DNA from: Chrysemys picta bellii
Lineage: Eukaryota
Assembly (NCBI RefSeq): GCF_011386835.1
Contig: NC_088812.1
Span: 12,028,001-12,092,000, forward strand
DNA length: 64,000 nt
Direction: 5' to 3'
Shown here in pieces: positions 35,901-52,190 of the stretch. Under the pieces are notes generated by a model that saw only the letters and a list, made by a program, of their open reading frames with translations, searched no databases and was not told the DNA's origin. A program made the position numbers and the translations under genes. The stretch's first letter is position 1. Each line of letters starts with the position of its first letter.

Positions 35901-37695
35901 ACCTCTTCAGCGTTAGACCACCAGTGCCAGCGCCTTCAGGGAAGGGATGAGAGAGCCGAGAACTCTCCCTCCTCTCCAGTGCGGGTCTGGGCAGTGGTGA
36001 GAGCAGCTGCTAGAGGCCTGGACACAGACAGGAAGGCTCAAGGGTCCAGCCGGCAGGGGGATTTGGATCCGGCACAGGGGACTCAGGCTGGGGACCTCCT
36101 GGAGGGTCGGAAGGGGCCAGCTGGGCCTCAGCTTCCTGGCCTGGCCCCTCTCCGGGTCCATGGATCTGCTACGGGCCCATTTGTGGGGCTGTCCGGGGTC
36201 CCCCTTCTGCCCCAGATCAGCCTCTCCCCTCTGCTGCGAAGTGCAGCAGGCCCCCGGGAGGATCCCTCGGCCCCCAGCCCTGCTTGACGGGAAGCGGCAA
36301 TCCCGGCTCTGCAGCGAGTCCCCTGCACCCCAGCGGGGCATCCTGCAATCCCGGAGAGCGAGCGCGCACGGCCGGGGGAGTACAGGGGGAGCAGCCTGCT
36401 GCTTCCAGATGCGGCCGCAGGCACCCAAGGGCTGGGACCTCAGTTCTGAGCAGCACCTCCCTCCCCGACACCCGCATGCCCCTCAGGGAGTGAATACTCC
36501 GCACGGCTCTTTATTCCCCCTCAGGGACCTGCAGGCCCCGAAGGCCAGTCCTGCTTCTGGACCCCACAGCTCCGTTCCCGCCACCGCCGGCCATGTCAGC
36601 CCCTAGCCCCAGGGCCGGGACCCATGTCGGCCCGCATGCCCCAGGGCCGGGACCCACGTCGGCCCGCATGCCCCAGGCCTTCCTCCACTGGCAGAGTGGG
36701 GAGGGGACCCCGCTAAGTCTTTTCCAGCTCAGAATCCCAGGGACGCCGGGCAGGAAAGGACTTAACGGGGTTTCTGTGGCGGGAGCAGCAGGGATGCAGG
36801 GAAATCAAAGCAGTTTGCAAACCCCCCACTGGATCCGGAGCTTTCAGCACCGTCCAGACCCCATCCCCCAAGTGCCTTAGCACCCCGGGGCGATGGAGCC
36901 AGCAGGACTCCTCGATGGGCGACAGGGCTGGAGAGGTGCGTAGCCTGAGCTCGGCTGCCATCCAGCAGCGCCCACGCACCACGGCGACTGCACACGCAGA
37001 GCACCCGGGGCCACCAGTGAGCACAGACCCTCGTGCAAAGCCGCTGGATGATCTGGGGGGTCCCCCAGCCCCTCTGCTGCATGCCCTGCCCAGCCCCCAG
37101 CTTACAGCCCCTGGAGAAAGGGCTAAGCGGAGACTCTCGGTGCATGGCACCTGCATTCCCAGCAGGGTTAGCTCCCCTGGCTCCGGGCGCCAAGTCTTAT
37201 GCAAGGCACAGCGTGTGCGCTGGAAGGTCAAGTTACTCCCTGCTGCCTGTGCCAAGCAAAGGAGTTTCTGCTGCCCCAGCAACAGAGCCAGGCGGGGGGG
37301 GGGACAGCAAGGGTTGAGCGGGTCCTGGACTCTGACTTCCCCCCCCTCCCTGCCACAGGCCCCAGGCCAGCAGTGCTCCTTCCTCCGGGAATCCTCCCCC
37401 ACGCCCCGCAGCATCCTCATCCCCTTCGCACACAGGTGAGTGACTCAGCCAAGGCATCACGGTGAGTCAGTGGCAGAGCTGGGAAACCAGAACCCGCCAT
37501 TCTGAAGCCACTGCCCTGCTTTAGCCGCTAGGCCTGCCCAAGCCCGTGGGGCCCCCCAAAGCAACCAGCCCCCACGACTCCACGCCTGGAGGTGCCCTCC
37601 ACGCCACCGCCAACAGCCTGCCACCAAAGCGCCTCTTTGGGGGACCCACAATTGACAGGAGCCAGCGTCACCTCATGGCGATAGCAAGAGATAGG

Positions 37696-37854
37696 GGAGC
37701 CAGGACTCCTGGGTTCTCTTCCCCAGACAGGGAGCATGGCCTGGGCGTTACAGGAGGGGTCAAGGAGCCAGGACTCCTGGGTTCTCTTCCCCAGACAGGG
37801 AGCATGGCCTGGGCGTTACAGGAGGGGTCAGGGAGCCAGGACTCCTGGGTTCTC
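37696..37854. repeat. 68-bp tandem duplication (about 2.3 copies)
   Basis: GGAGCCAGGACTCCTGGGTTCTC... starting at 37696, 37764 and 37832. Confidence 0.9.
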
Positions 37855-40279
37855 GACTCCTTGCAGCGTTGGGTGTCCTGTCCCCCTTGGCACTCACGCT
37901 GACTCCAACCCAGCTTCTCCTGGAGGTGCTTCAGTCTCAATAAAGTGACATTTTACCAACATGCGGAGACTGGGGGTGGGGGGTGGGGGAAGCCAGCTGA
38001 ATAGCGCCCCTCCCCCATGGAGCAGCAGCCATGTGGAGCTCCCAGTCCCACGGGAGGGGCTCAGGCAATGGCTACGTGCCGACAGATCCGCCAGGACAGG
38101 CTGGGAAATTCTTCGGCCCTGAACTCTTTCACTGATGTTAATTCAGCAGGAAAAACAAACCCAGCTGCTCCCCTCCCCCCTCGGCTGCCAAGCAGGATAG
38201 CCGGGCCCTGGTGTGCGGGCTGCCTGCCTCTGGGCCATCAACTCCAGTTTCTCTGGGAGAGCTAGCGCGGCGGGAGCAGAGTTTGCCTTGCTCCAAGCAC
38301 TGGGCTGTTTCAGACCGGCTGACCCCAGGGCCTCCATTCGGGAAGGCCCCCTCTAAGCCACAAAATTCACCATGTGGGGCAGGGGGAGCTGGTTACAAAT
38401 GCCAGGAGCCCTGCAAGACGGGGTAACAGTGCCAGCAGGCTGCCATCTGTAACCAAGCCCCCCCCCAAACACAGCTCAAGTCAAGGGGCTGCCGACACTG
38501 GCAGAGAAAGGGCTAGAACCCCCCCTCCCCCCGCCCAGCGGACACTGGAGTGGGGGGGGGGGCTGGTTAGGACAGAGGTCAAATGGTTCTAGCATATTTC
38601 CCCCCCCCACCCCCAACACCAGAGCCCTGCTGGCAAGAGGGCACGTTCCTAGTCATGACTGCAGCTGGCCAGTCCAGATCCCACCACAGCCAGGGAGGCG
38701 AGGATCCTGCCAGGAGCCTCCGAATTCCCAAACTAACCGGCTACAATCGTGCTGAGAGCGATGACCTTGGCACCAGCCATACAAGCTGGTGCTGCCGCAC
38801 TGTCCCATGGCGAAGGGCTCCCAGGTGGCCCTGCACGGTTTGCACTGGGGCGGGGAGGAAGAATTCTTTTGCCTAGATGAAGACAATACCCCATGGAAGT
38901 GCAGTCTCTGTGCAGACGCGATGCCCTTGGGACATCCACTCATACTGCATAAGGCCCAAACTCTCTCTGCTAAGCAGATCACGGTCGCTACTACCACACT
39001 TAAAACCCTGCTAAGAGGCTGGCGTCCCCTTGGACAAGGGTGAGGAATATCCAGCCACACGGGGACCGGTTCGACGCCCGGAGAGCGAGGGGAACAGCCC
39101 TGCTGCCAATCCCCTCCGAAGACCGTGGCACAGAGACGAGCCGGGCAGCTGCCTCTGGGCAGAGGCATGTCCCAAAAAAAGTTTCTCGTTAGATCCCCCT
39201 TTCTAGCTGACGCTGGGAAACCGAGCCGCGGCGGGCATCAGGTGTCAAAACACAGCCCTCAGCTGATGTTGTCGTGACGCAGCAGTGCTGTGATCTGCGC
39301 CCCAGTGCAGCCTGATCCCCATGGACACAGGTGTCGGCCACGGGTGGCTCCCCTGTTCCGCCGCACGGTCGCCCCTCTCGGGCTGGGGGAAATGGCTCTG
39401 CAGACTCAATACAGGCGCAATCTTTAAAGGCAGCCGCAGCGCCAGACACCTCCCAGAGAGATAAGCAGGGCGCATGGACAGGGAGGGGTGTCTAGCAGAG
39501 AGAACGGTCACAGCTGAGCAAGACTTCCAAAGCCAGGGGTAACGGCACAGGGCGGGGGCCACGGTGAGACCCAGTGACCACGGTAACTCAGACCAGAGTC
39601 TCACCCGGCCGCTGCCTTGCTCCTAGGGATCCCTCTTTGGGGGGGGGGGGGGGGGCGAGGGGGGTGGAAACATGGAGGCTTGGTCAGTTTGACCCAAGGC
39701 CTCTCCCAACAGGCAGCGTGTGCAGCTGTCGGGGTCCTGCCACGCCACGCATCAGAAGTAGCTGCATTTCAGCAAGGCCGAAGCAGCTCCCGCAGGCACC
39801 TCATACCCCGCTTCGGGGTGAAACGAGTTACAAACCCACAGGCGGTTATGAACTCCTGAGCGAGCACATTTTCGGCAGGGCACCGAAGGTGGGGGGCTGA
39901 AGAGGGGCAAAAAGTTTTGTTTTTCTTACTCCAACTCAGAGCTAGACACCAGGCATTTTCCCAGCCCGGACCACTGGCCCAGCCCCACCAACAACAACCT
40001 GGGCCAGGCACCTGAACCCCTGAGCGGGATTCAAGGGCCCCAGGCAAAGGGCCACACCTGGCCCTTGCCAGCACCCCCATTACTGCCACCCCAGGGCTCC
40101 ACCAAGGGAGCAGGGACCCCACTGAGAGCCCCTCGGACCCTCCACCCCCTGCTCTGCCCAGCTCCCCCCACCCCAGGGGCTTGACGCCCCCCCCCCGTGC
40201 TCCGCCAGCAGCAGTTGCGGACCAAGCCGCTGGCCCTGCCTCCCCTGAGCCCATCCCCGTGGTATCGGCCCCCACTCAC

Positions 40280-40351
40280 CAGGCACTCCCGGACCCGCTC
40301 GTGGAACAGCTGCTCCCGCAGCCCCAGCACGTCGAGCTCCGCCGGCTCCAT
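40280..40351 (-). CDS. LMBR1L: LMBR1L exon 1
   Basis: 72 nt; MEPAELDVLGLREQLFHERVRECL|gtgagt, within a CpG-rich region. Confidence 0.96.
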
Positions 40352-40399
40352 CCCCCGCCCCGCATGGCTGGGGCAGGTCTGGGGGGCGCCCCTCGGCTC

Positions 40400-40620
40400 A
40401 ATCTGCGGCGGCCCCTTTAAGGCGCTGCCCGGCGCTGGCTACACTGTATCCGGGCAGGGGCGCCGCGTTCCGCTCTTAAAGGGCCCCGCGCCGCGCCGCT
40501 CTCGGGGGGCGGGGTGACGCCGTCCAGTCCCAGCCGTGCGAAGGGCTCATTGGCTGCCGCAGGTTGAAACGGCCGCTGCTCATTGGCTGGGACGGGAGCT
40601 GTCCCCGATAGGCCGAGCTC
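40400..40620 (-). promoter_or_regulatory. LMBR1L CpG-island promoter
   Basis: Two CCAAT boxes (ATTGG on plus at 40549-40553 and 40582-40586, 33 bp apart), GC box GGGGCGGGG, TGACG half-site, high CpG density. Confidence 0.7.
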
Positions 40621-43600
40621 GCAGCTCCGCCCCCGCAGGGGCAGACTTGGGGGACGGTCCCACAGACCAGGGGAGGGGCCCGTGTTTGGCCCCCAGAAGA
40701 GCCGGGGTCACAGCCAGGGCCGCCCGGAGGGTTCAGGGGCAAAGCAATTTCGGGGGCTCCTTCCATAAAAAAAGTTGCAATACTATAGAATGGTATATTC
40801 TCAGGGGGGCCCCTGTGGGGCCAGGGGCCCTGGTCACAGCTCTGCGCTGCCCCATGCTTCCCGCGTGGCTGGCCGGAGGGAGTCACTCGCCCCGTCTGCC
40901 TCAGTTCCCCATTTGACCACGGGGTGACCGCGTGTCTGGTACCTCGGAGAGCGGATTTCCCTACCCCCACCCTGGGGGGTGTACACCCCCCCACACACCC
41001 AGCGGTCAACTAGTTATAGGTTTGCATTGGTGCGTCTGCTCCTGGGATGAGCTCCTAGGAAGCTGGAGTGGGGTGGGGCCGGCCGATTCTGTTGTTTTCA
41101 TGACACCCTTTGTGGGCAGATTTCACCAATGGGAAGGAGGGGAGTAAATTTCAGGCTTTGGCCTAATTTTATAAGAAATTTAAATGGTTCTTAGACACTG
41201 GCTTTGGAAGGGGGGTTATCACTTTGAACCTAAAGCCCTAATGGGGGGTGGGGTGCTAATGAATACAGCAGGGCACTAAACACTATCCAAAAGACCCAGG
41301 AGCCTAGAGTCAAGCCAGAGCCAAGCTTGGCTCTGCCCTTTGACCTGGGTTTGATTCTGCTCCGGATCACTGTCTCCAGTACTAGTCCGGCCCCCAGTGT
41401 TTCCCCCAGGAATTTAAATGGGGTGGGGGGGCTGGAAAATGACTATATTGTGGCCATTCTCATGATTTTATAGCTAGTCTCACCAGATTCTGTGCGTTTC
41501 TTAAAGCCCCCGTTCCCCGGGGTCCCATAATTGAGAGGAGAACCTCGCTTGTAACTAAAAAAAAAAACGCTTCTAGGCGGCACGGTCACGCAGAAAATGT
41601 AAACGCGAAAGGCTACAGCACCAAAAGGCAAATCACAGCACTCCAGCTGTTGTTATTACAATCCTCGTGACTTGTAAGCCGATCTCGTGCTTTTTTTTGT
41701 GGGGGCGGTGGGGGAGACTCACAACTGATTTTTTAATACACGAGGCGAGCAACTGCATTTTACTCCTTAAACAAAGTTGGGGAAGGAAAAAAAACCCAGA
41801 AACTTAAAGCCAGACAATATGTCTATGATATTAATAAGGGCCCATGTTCTCTAATATGTAATGTCACATAATGAGGGGTACCAGGCCCAGTATTATATAA
41901 TGCAGGGCCACTGCAAGAACATCCTATTTTCATTCTCTTCTGATGACCAGTCCTAGCTGCTGTAATTCCCAGGTCAGAGCTCACACCGCCCTTGAGGCCC
42001 TGATCCCAGCCTGGCTTTCCACTGGAAAGAGCCATGTGCAAATAGCACCATCTGCAGGCCAAGGAGGAGTTAGGCGGGTGTTGTTGTAGCTGGTCTGGTC
42101 TCTGGTTACTGAATGGGGATTAATTAACACACATTATTTATTATGTGAATTGTGCCACGCCTAGGCACCCCAGTAGCCAGTGTTAGGCGCTGCGCACACA
42201 CCCACCAAAGACAGCCCCTGCCCCAGAGGTCTCACCTTCTAAGTACAAACTGAAAACATTTTCACATGCAAACTGGCCAAATCTATGCACCTCCCTTCAC
42301 TCCAGATTTCTCTCCACTTCAAATTCCAGCACCCGCTTGCTTTCCCCACCCTCATCTTTGCTTTCAAGCATCTCAAATCCCTCTGCATGTGTTCCTGCTA
42401 CCCCTCCTTCTACAGGTTCACTGTGCTCTTCCCTCTCATGCCCCAAACCAGGACCGGCTCTGGCTTTTTTGCCGCCCCAGGCAAAAAGGCCTCCCAGTGC
42501 CCCGGGCCAGGGAGCACAGCAGGGGAGGGCGCCGAGCCTGGCCGCGGCCCTGTTCTCCCCGGGTGAGCGCCGCCCCAAGCACATGCTTGGAGGGCTGGTG
42601 CCTGGAGCCGGCCCTGTCCCAAACACACACCTGCTTCCTACCCACTCCCTCGCTTCAGGAGAGCAGCACTTCTTCCAGGAACCTTATACACCAGGCTGTA
42701 ACAGCCACCGTGTTCTGGGTGAAGCAGATTAACCTTCTCAGGCAGGGAACATGTGATCCTACTTGTACAAGCAATCACATACTGACAGTGCTCCCTGAAT
42801 TTCCCTGGGAGCTGATCCCTGGTAGGAGTGAGAATGTCTGAACCCGACAGACCCCATGCTAACCCTGAACCCACGTTAGCTGTATAGCCAGGCATAGTAA
42901 AGCCTATTGTCTCCAGCACACAACATGAGCATTGCTGTATGCGCTCATCTGCTTTATAGATTAGAAAACAGGGTATAGTATTTTGCATATTACAACCATG
43001 TTTTAAAACATTTACAGCACCGCGTTTGCTCCTAGGGCAGATGTTCTTAAAAGGACAATTCCCCTTACAGGACAGATTGCACATGTCATTTTTTGTATTT
43101 GTAATATTTTGAAATAGTGGGGAGAAAAAGAAATGACTCCCTAACCACCCTCCTCTCCATTTTATGCTTGAGACCTAGGGCCTGCCCAGCATTTCAAAAA
43201 TACAGCACTAAGGGGATGGTTATTTAAAAGAGATGGTGATAGGGCTGGATGGAGCCATTGGTGACCGGGACCAACAGCAAGTCCTTGGCGTCGATCCACC
43301 GTAGGGGCATTTCCAGCGGTGTAGCTGCACTGGTGCTTAGGTGGTAGAAGATGGTACTTGCTCAGCCAGGTTACCAGAGCAGATCACAGTTCAACATAAA
43401 CTTCCCTTGTAGATGCAGCAACAGAACGACATTGGTGCAGGGTCCCTAATGCAGACAGGCCCTAGGACCGGCACTAGTCTCCCCATAAACCTGGGGTATT
43501 CTGAGCTGCACCGAGAGCCTGTGCACCCCGCAAGAGGGGGTGTTGGAGTCACAGAAGGTAGGGGAGTCAGATGACCAGGGAGGGAAGGCGGCGCTGCTGC

Positions 43601-44645
43601 AGCCGCCAGGAATAGAGGTGATACACAGCTTGTCCGCTTCCCCCCCCACCTTGGCCGAAAGCGGCTGCAGAATCCCTAGGCAGGAGGAATCCCCATACCC
43701 GCTCCTAGCCGGTCATGCGATCACCAGCCAACTGGTACTAGATGCTTCAGAGCAAGGTGCAAGAAAGCCTGTCAGGTAGTTACCGAATAAACTGCCCCTA
43801 GGGGAAGTCACCTTCCCCCCCTCCCCCCATTGCAGATGCTTTATCACCATCCTAGTTTCATCTGTTAACACCCATCACTGCAGACTGCTCCACTCTGCAG
43901 GTTATAAAAATCCAGCCTGCAAGGTTTGGAGGAGACGTCTTTATTGGCCATTGCCGTCCGAAAGCAGCTCAGGGCTTATTAGAAGGGAAACTGAGATACT
44001 GAGCTATGGATTTCTAGGCCCGATCACGTCCCATCAGCCAAGCCTCACTTTGGAGTTTGTGGCACAGCATCGCCCAACATCCTTTGCTGCAAGAAAGCTG
44101 TTCTACCTCCTGCCTCAGGCAGAAGTTGTGAGTCTTTACCCGATTGTTCAGCTGCCGTGACTATGGTGGGAGGCCCACAGTCATTTCAAAAACTGGTTTA
44201 TTCACAGTGCAGCTGGAGCTCTGTTCAATGCATGGAGCTTGCTTTAAGAGCATCGTACAGCCTAGCGTTCAAGACAGGTCTGAAACCTGTAAGCAGAGCA
44301 GGAAAGCAGACAGCTGAGCGCGCCTTCACCATCCAGGCTTGTTAAAAGCAGCTTGAGGGAGCGCTCTGGCAGGTTGGCTTAAAGCAGGGAAGAACGGAGT
44401 CTCATTCAGTGGCTCTCAGTGGAATGAGGGGCGGGAGGCACATGCCTGCCACCGGGCTGGTGTATAGTCTTCGAAGGAAGCCAACATTGAAGGACACAAG
44501 CATTAGGGAAGGAACTAGCCAGGTGTTCAGAGCAGCTTGGAACGGCTGATCTGTGGGCCTACAGTTTGGACTCCACCTGCACTCTGGGACCCATGATCTA
44601 TTTGTATTAGACACACACAGCAATCTTCTTTTTTTTAAAGCCTTT

Positions 44646-44651
44646 TTTATT
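44646..44651 (-). terminator. TUBA1B poly(A) signal AATAAA
   Basis: TTTATT on plus about 210 nt after the stop codon. Confidence 0.8.
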
Positions 44652-44861
44652 TCAGACATGATATGTTTACAAAGACGAATGGAAAATTGACATGATCAAA
44701 ATTTGAAACAGTGGGAACTAGTCAGATTGCTGTACTCCTTAAAGGCTCCTTCATACCATTGTGGTACCATCCATCGCTTCCCTAGTTAACAAGTAAGCTA
44801 AGTGTTTTAAGATGAACTTTTGTGGACACAGGACATGCTGCAGGGATTTAAGAGGATTAAT

Positions 44862-45839
<978 letters not shown>

Positions 45840-47586
45840 CTAGAAGACAGTGGAAAGAAAAGCAAGAGGAATTTAGTACAAGTTGTGCTGCAAATACAGG
45901 CTATGTAGTATGAGAGAACAGAACAGTCTTCCATCCCACACCGCTGACAATTTTCTTTGAAGATGGCATGCCTGAATGTAGGGCTTGAGGCTGGAGACAA
46001 GAGCGTCTACTTCCCTCACCCCCAGCAGAGTTTAAATCTGGGCAGCAGGACAGGCTCTAGTTAGTCCCCAGTCAAATGCACGACACATCTGCCCTTATGC
46101 CAGGGGGCAGAAAGCTCCCGACAGACGGGCTTTGGTGAGAGTTCCACCTAATACCGATCCATCACACTTACTGAACTGTCCATCATTCATCCCTAGATGG
46201 AGCCATCTCAGAAGAGACTGCGAGGGACCACTGTGCCTCTGTTCAGACCCCCCCCCAGCCCAGATTTGCAGTATCAGAGGCCGTATTGCCCCTCTTTGGC
46301 GGCATCTGCCAGGTGGAAGCTCCAACCCCTTAGAAAGCTCATCCTAAGACATGGATGAAGACATGGCTACTCCTCCTGATCCCATGAGATGCCTCCTTTT
46401 ACATACTGTGGAAGATTTGCCTGACCAATGGTCAGTGCCCCGCTGCTGGAGGTGAGCCAGCAAATCCCAGTCTCCAGGAAGGAGGAAGAGGCTGAAGTAG
46501 AACTACTGCTCATGTCTAACCCCTCAGCCTCACGTTGTTAAGCCCTTTCGAGGGCAGCAGTCCTAGGAGGGCCACATCAGAGTAGTTTAGTTGTGCCGCA
46601 CAGCTCCTTCCTCTTTACAAGAGGGCCAAAGTCACTCAAGCAGATCAGAGACCCTAGGAAGGGGGATGAATCTCTCTAAATGCAAGCATCACCCAGAATC
46701 ACCATGTCTAGACATACAGGTGCAAGGACAGCAGGCAGACCCCTTTTGAGGGGGCCAAATTCCAGCTGTCTAGGTAAAGGACTTGTGTCAATGGGAGAAT
46801 TGCAGAGACCAAGGGTAGCCCCTTTCTCGTATGCAGTAATTACGGTTCTAGTTATTTGCTCAGTATTCACGGCACTCTGAACATCAGTGGGGAGGATGTG
46901 CTCAGTTTAGGGCTGCTGATTTCCCCATGCTAAATTACCTCTCCTCTGCACTCTCCTCGCCTGCACCAGCTCCCAGCCTAGGTCACTCCCATGCCACACC
47001 CTAGCCTATCACAATGCTCAGGAACGTGAGCGGTTGACGGGTAAAATGTTACTGTTAAGTGACCCCCCAGTGAGAGGTTGGTAGAAGCATCTGTGTTGGG
47101 GGAGAAGGAGTTCTCATGTCTCAGAGCTGCCATTCCAGCCAGTCTGCAGACACTGCCTTGCATTGATTTGCAGTCCCATATGTGGAAGCCCCACTTTACA
47201 GCCATGAGGATTGGAACATTATTCTAATGAAAGCTCATTCTGCAGCGCATGAGTAAGTCACACGAGTCACAAATGTATCGAGTGGCCCTAGCATCAGACA
47301 TCCCTGTGCTAGAAGGTGCAGAGGTCTCCACCAAATGTAAACATCCAAGTGCCCATTATGTGACATTCCTTCAGAGCCATGCCCAGCTCAGACCAATACC
47401 GATCTCCAACGCTCCAAGAAAGAAGAACCAGCTGTTGGATGACAAGAGTGGGTCTCTAGACTCTTCTGGTATGGCAGCTGCTCCCGCAAGTGTAACCCGA
47501 GGGAGATTGAAGATTTCTCCCTTCCCCACCACACACCAATAAAGACACTGAACAAAACCCCTCAGATGAGCGGTATTTACCAGCTT

Positions 47587-48497
<911 letters not shown>

Positions 48498-49920
48498 TTA
48501 CTCCCAAGTACCTCATTGCTCTGGGTTAGCTCATGCCCTTTGGAACAAGGACCTCCTCTCGCTGTATTAAAAGGGCAACATCCATCTGTGCGACACAAGG
48601 GAACAGGGTGATGTGGTCCAATGGACAGGCAGGGCACTGCACGGGGAGTCAGGGGATCAGTCCCCCAACTGCAAGCTCTGTGCCTGGTTTTCCCCAGTCA
48701 CAAGGCAGGACTAGTATTGTTTATTCACCTTCAACGTCTCTAGATCATGATATCGGGGCCTTTGGTCCAATCTCCAGTAGCAAGTGGTCAGTGCTTCAGG
48801 AGATCTTTTGAGTCACAGCATGGCCTCTGAATTGCTGGGTTCATGAAGGAGTAAGTTTTGGATCTGTAGTTAGTGAACTAATCTCTGGTCAGATTTCCTG
48901 CACCTTAGAACAGATTTCCTATGACACACATTGGGATTGGATTACATTTTGCATCCAGATTCTGGTCTGCATGTGCCCACTTTCCCTCCCCACACCTGCC
49001 CCTCCACTGGCATAGGGAGGGAATTTCTTTATTTAGCTAAATAAAGAATGCTACATCTCATGTCATGATCCCATTTCTCATAGCCTAGGAAGAATCGTCT
49101 TAGTCAGAGGAGAAGGAGGAAACAGGCAATGGAGTTTTCCACCCCGTGGTCTAGTAAAGAAAAAAAAATTAAAAATGAATGAACTATTCAGCATAAAGCA
49201 GCAACTGCAACCGGCCTCTGAGTGGTTTACCAGCAATCACACCACTTGCAAGCCATCAGCTGACCATTCCCCACTCTCAAAAAACAGAACTGAGGCTGTC
49301 AGCTTCCACATCTGCAAAGCAGACAGGTCTTAGCAAATTGTTCCTCTCCTGACACACAGATTTACTCTCTGCAGGAACATCTGCCACCAGTGGCCCACTC
49401 CCAGGATTACCCTAGGCCTAGATCTAGATTTAGCCTACATCTCTCCCTCTTACAATCCACTTACATTCCTAAGGCACACCCCACCCACCTGCTCCAACCC
49501 ATTTCTATCTGCCTCTGCAAACAGATGGCACTTGTGGCCCAGGCGACGGGAGGTTAGCAAGCCTAGGGAATTACAGCATCCAATAAACCCCCCAAATGCA
49601 GCGCTTACGTTTCCTCTGGAAACTACCCACATAATGAACCCAGTGGCCACTTCTCTTCAGCGAGCGTTTCAAATCGCTGCAGAAGGAGGGATTTATTTTA
49701 GCAGGAGATGCAAGGAAGAGCCATCCTGTTCCCCTGCAACGCCACACTTGATCCAGGGAACACTCGGCCCTTTTGAGCCGCCCTGGTTTGTCTTGACAAG
49801 AGCCGTAGGGGGTTTTCCCCCCCCCCCCCAAGGAGCTGCGCGGGGCTTGCTGCGGGGCGTGCGGAGGGAGATGTTGCAGGAGCTGCAGTGGGTCTGGTCG
49901 GGAAGTAGGGCACAGCAGTT

Positions 49921-51815
49921 GGGGGGGGGGGGGTATTTGCAATGAGGAGTGTGCAGAGGGGGCACGAGGGGCCATGGTGCATTCCTAGGCTGGGCAGTTT
50001 GCAGGGATGGGGGGGGGCACTGGGGGGGGTATTTGCAATGAGGAGTGTGCAGAGGGGGCACGAGGGGCTGTGGTGCATTCCTAGGCTGGGCAGTTTGCAG
50101 GGATGGGGGGGGCACTGGGGGGGGGGTATTTGCAATGAGGAGTGTGCAGAGGGGGCACGAGGGGCTGTGGTGCATTCCTAGGCTGGGCAGTTTGCAGGGA
50201 TGGCGGGGGGGGGGGGTATTTGCAATGAGGAGTGTGCAGAGGGGGCACGAGGGGCTGTGGTGCATTCCTAGGCTGGGCAGTTTGCAGGGATGGGGGGGCA
50301 CTGGGGGGGGGGGTATTTGCAATGAGGAGTGTGCAGAGGGGGCACGAGGGGCTGTGGTGCATTCCTAGGCTGGGCAGTTTGCAGGGATGGGGGGGGCAGG
50401 GGGGGTATTTGCAATGAGAAGTGTGCAGAGGGGGCACGAGGGGCTGTGGTGCATTCCTAGGCTGGGCAGTTTGCAGGGATGGGGGGGGGCACTGGGGGGG
50501 GGGTATTTGCAATGAGGAGTGTGCAGAGGGGACACGAGGGGCCGTGGTGCATTCCTAGGCTGGGCAGTTTGCAGGGATGGCGAGGGGGGGGGGCAGGGGG
50601 GGTATTTGCAATGAGGAGTGTGCAGAGGGGGCACGAGGGGCTGTGGTGCATTCCTAGGCTGGGCAGTTTGCAGGGATGGCGGGGGGGGCCAGGGGGGATT
50701 TGCAATGAGGAGTGTGCAGAGGGGGCACGAGGGGCTGTGGTGCATTGCTAGGCTGGGCAGTTTGCAGGGATGGCGGGGGGGGTATTTGCAATGAGGAGTG
50801 TGCAGAGGGGGCACGAGGGGCTGTGGTGCATTCCTAGGCTGGGCAGTTTGCAGGGATGGGGGGGGGGGGCACTGGGGGGGGTATTTGCAATGAGGAGTGT
50901 GCAGAGGGGGCACGAGGGGCCGTGGTGCATTCCTAGGCTGGGCAGTTTGCAGGGATGGGGGGGGCACCGGGGGGGGTATTTGCAATGAGGAGTGTGCAGA
51001 GGGGGCACAAGGGGCCGTGGTGCATTCCTAGGCTGGGCAGTTTGCAGGGATGGGGGGGGGGCAGGGGGGGTATTTGCAATGAGGAGTGTGCAGAGGGGGC
51101 ACGAGGGGCCGTGGTGCATTGCTAGGCTGGGCAGTTTGCAGGGATGGGGGGGGCACTGGGGGGGTATTTGCAATGAGGAGTGTGCAGAGGGGGCACGAGG
51201 GGCTGTGGTGCATTCCTAGGCTGGGCAGTTTGCAGGGATGGGGGGGCACTGGGGGGGTATTTGCAATGAGGAGTGTGCAGAGGGGGCACGAGGGGCCGTG
51301 GTGCATTCCTAGGCTGGGCAGTTTGCAGGGATGGGGGGGGGGGGGCAGGGGGGGTATTTGCAATGAGGAGTGTGCAGAGGGGGCACGAGGGGCCGTGGTG
51401 CATTGCTAGGCTGGGCAGTTTGCAGGGATGGGGGGGGGCACTGGGGGGGTATTTGCAATGAGGAGTGTGCAGAGGGGGCACGAGGGGCTGTGGTGCATTC
51501 CTAGGCTGGGCAGTTTGCAGGGATGGGGGGGCACTGGGGGGGTATTTGCAATGAGGAGTGTGCAGAGGGGGCACGAGGGGCCGTGGTGCATTCCTAGGCT
51601 GGGCAGTTTGCAGGGATGGGGGGGGGCAGGGGGGGTATTTGCAATGAGGAGTGTGCAGAGGGGGCACGAGGGGCTGTGGTGCATTCCTAGGCTGGGCAGT
51701 TTGCAGGGATGGCGGGGGGGGGGCAGGGGGGTATTTGCAATGAGGAGTGTGCAGTGGGGGCACGGGGGGCCGTGGTGCATTCCTAGGCTGGGCAGTTTGC
51801 AGGGATGGGGGGGGG
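49921..51815. repeat. About 95-bp minisatellite, 20 copies, in TUBA1B intron 1
   Basis: Constant 77-nt core TATTTGCAATGAGGAGTGTGCAGAGGGGGCACGAGGGGC(T/C)GTGGTGCATT(C/G)CTAGGCTGGGCAGTTTGCAGGGATGG joined by variable G-run linkers. Confidence 0.98.
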
Positions 51816-52187
51816 GACCGGGAGGCCCGGCAGCGGGGGGGGGGGGGGGGGGAGGATTATACAACACGTCGTGCCAGGGAACAGCTGCCGCGGGGCGGGG
51901 AGCCCCGCACGTGCAGACGCGACTCAACACGTGGAATTTTAAAGCACCCACACCCCGGTTTGCAGGGACGGGGGGTGCGCGCGCACCCGGCCGTTGCCGC
52001 CGCCACGCGCCCGACCCCTTCCCCGCGCGCGGGAAATGTAACGGCCGGCGGGAGGGAGGGAGGCGCCAATGGGGGCTGGCGCGCGCGCCCTCCCCTCCCT
52101 CAGGCTTTGGCGCCAACGCAGCCCCCTGGCCCGATCCAGGCCCCTCCCCCCCCCCAGCCCGCTCCCCCCTCCCCCACCCCCGCTCAC

Positions 52188-52190
52188 CAT
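52188..52190 (-). CDS. TUBA1B: Tubulin alpha-1B exon 1 coding part (ATG only)
   Basis: AGC ATG|gtgagc inside a CpG island; ATG-only first coding exon is the standard TUBA1 structure; 3+223+149+978 nt = 450 aa + stop. Confidence 0.92.
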
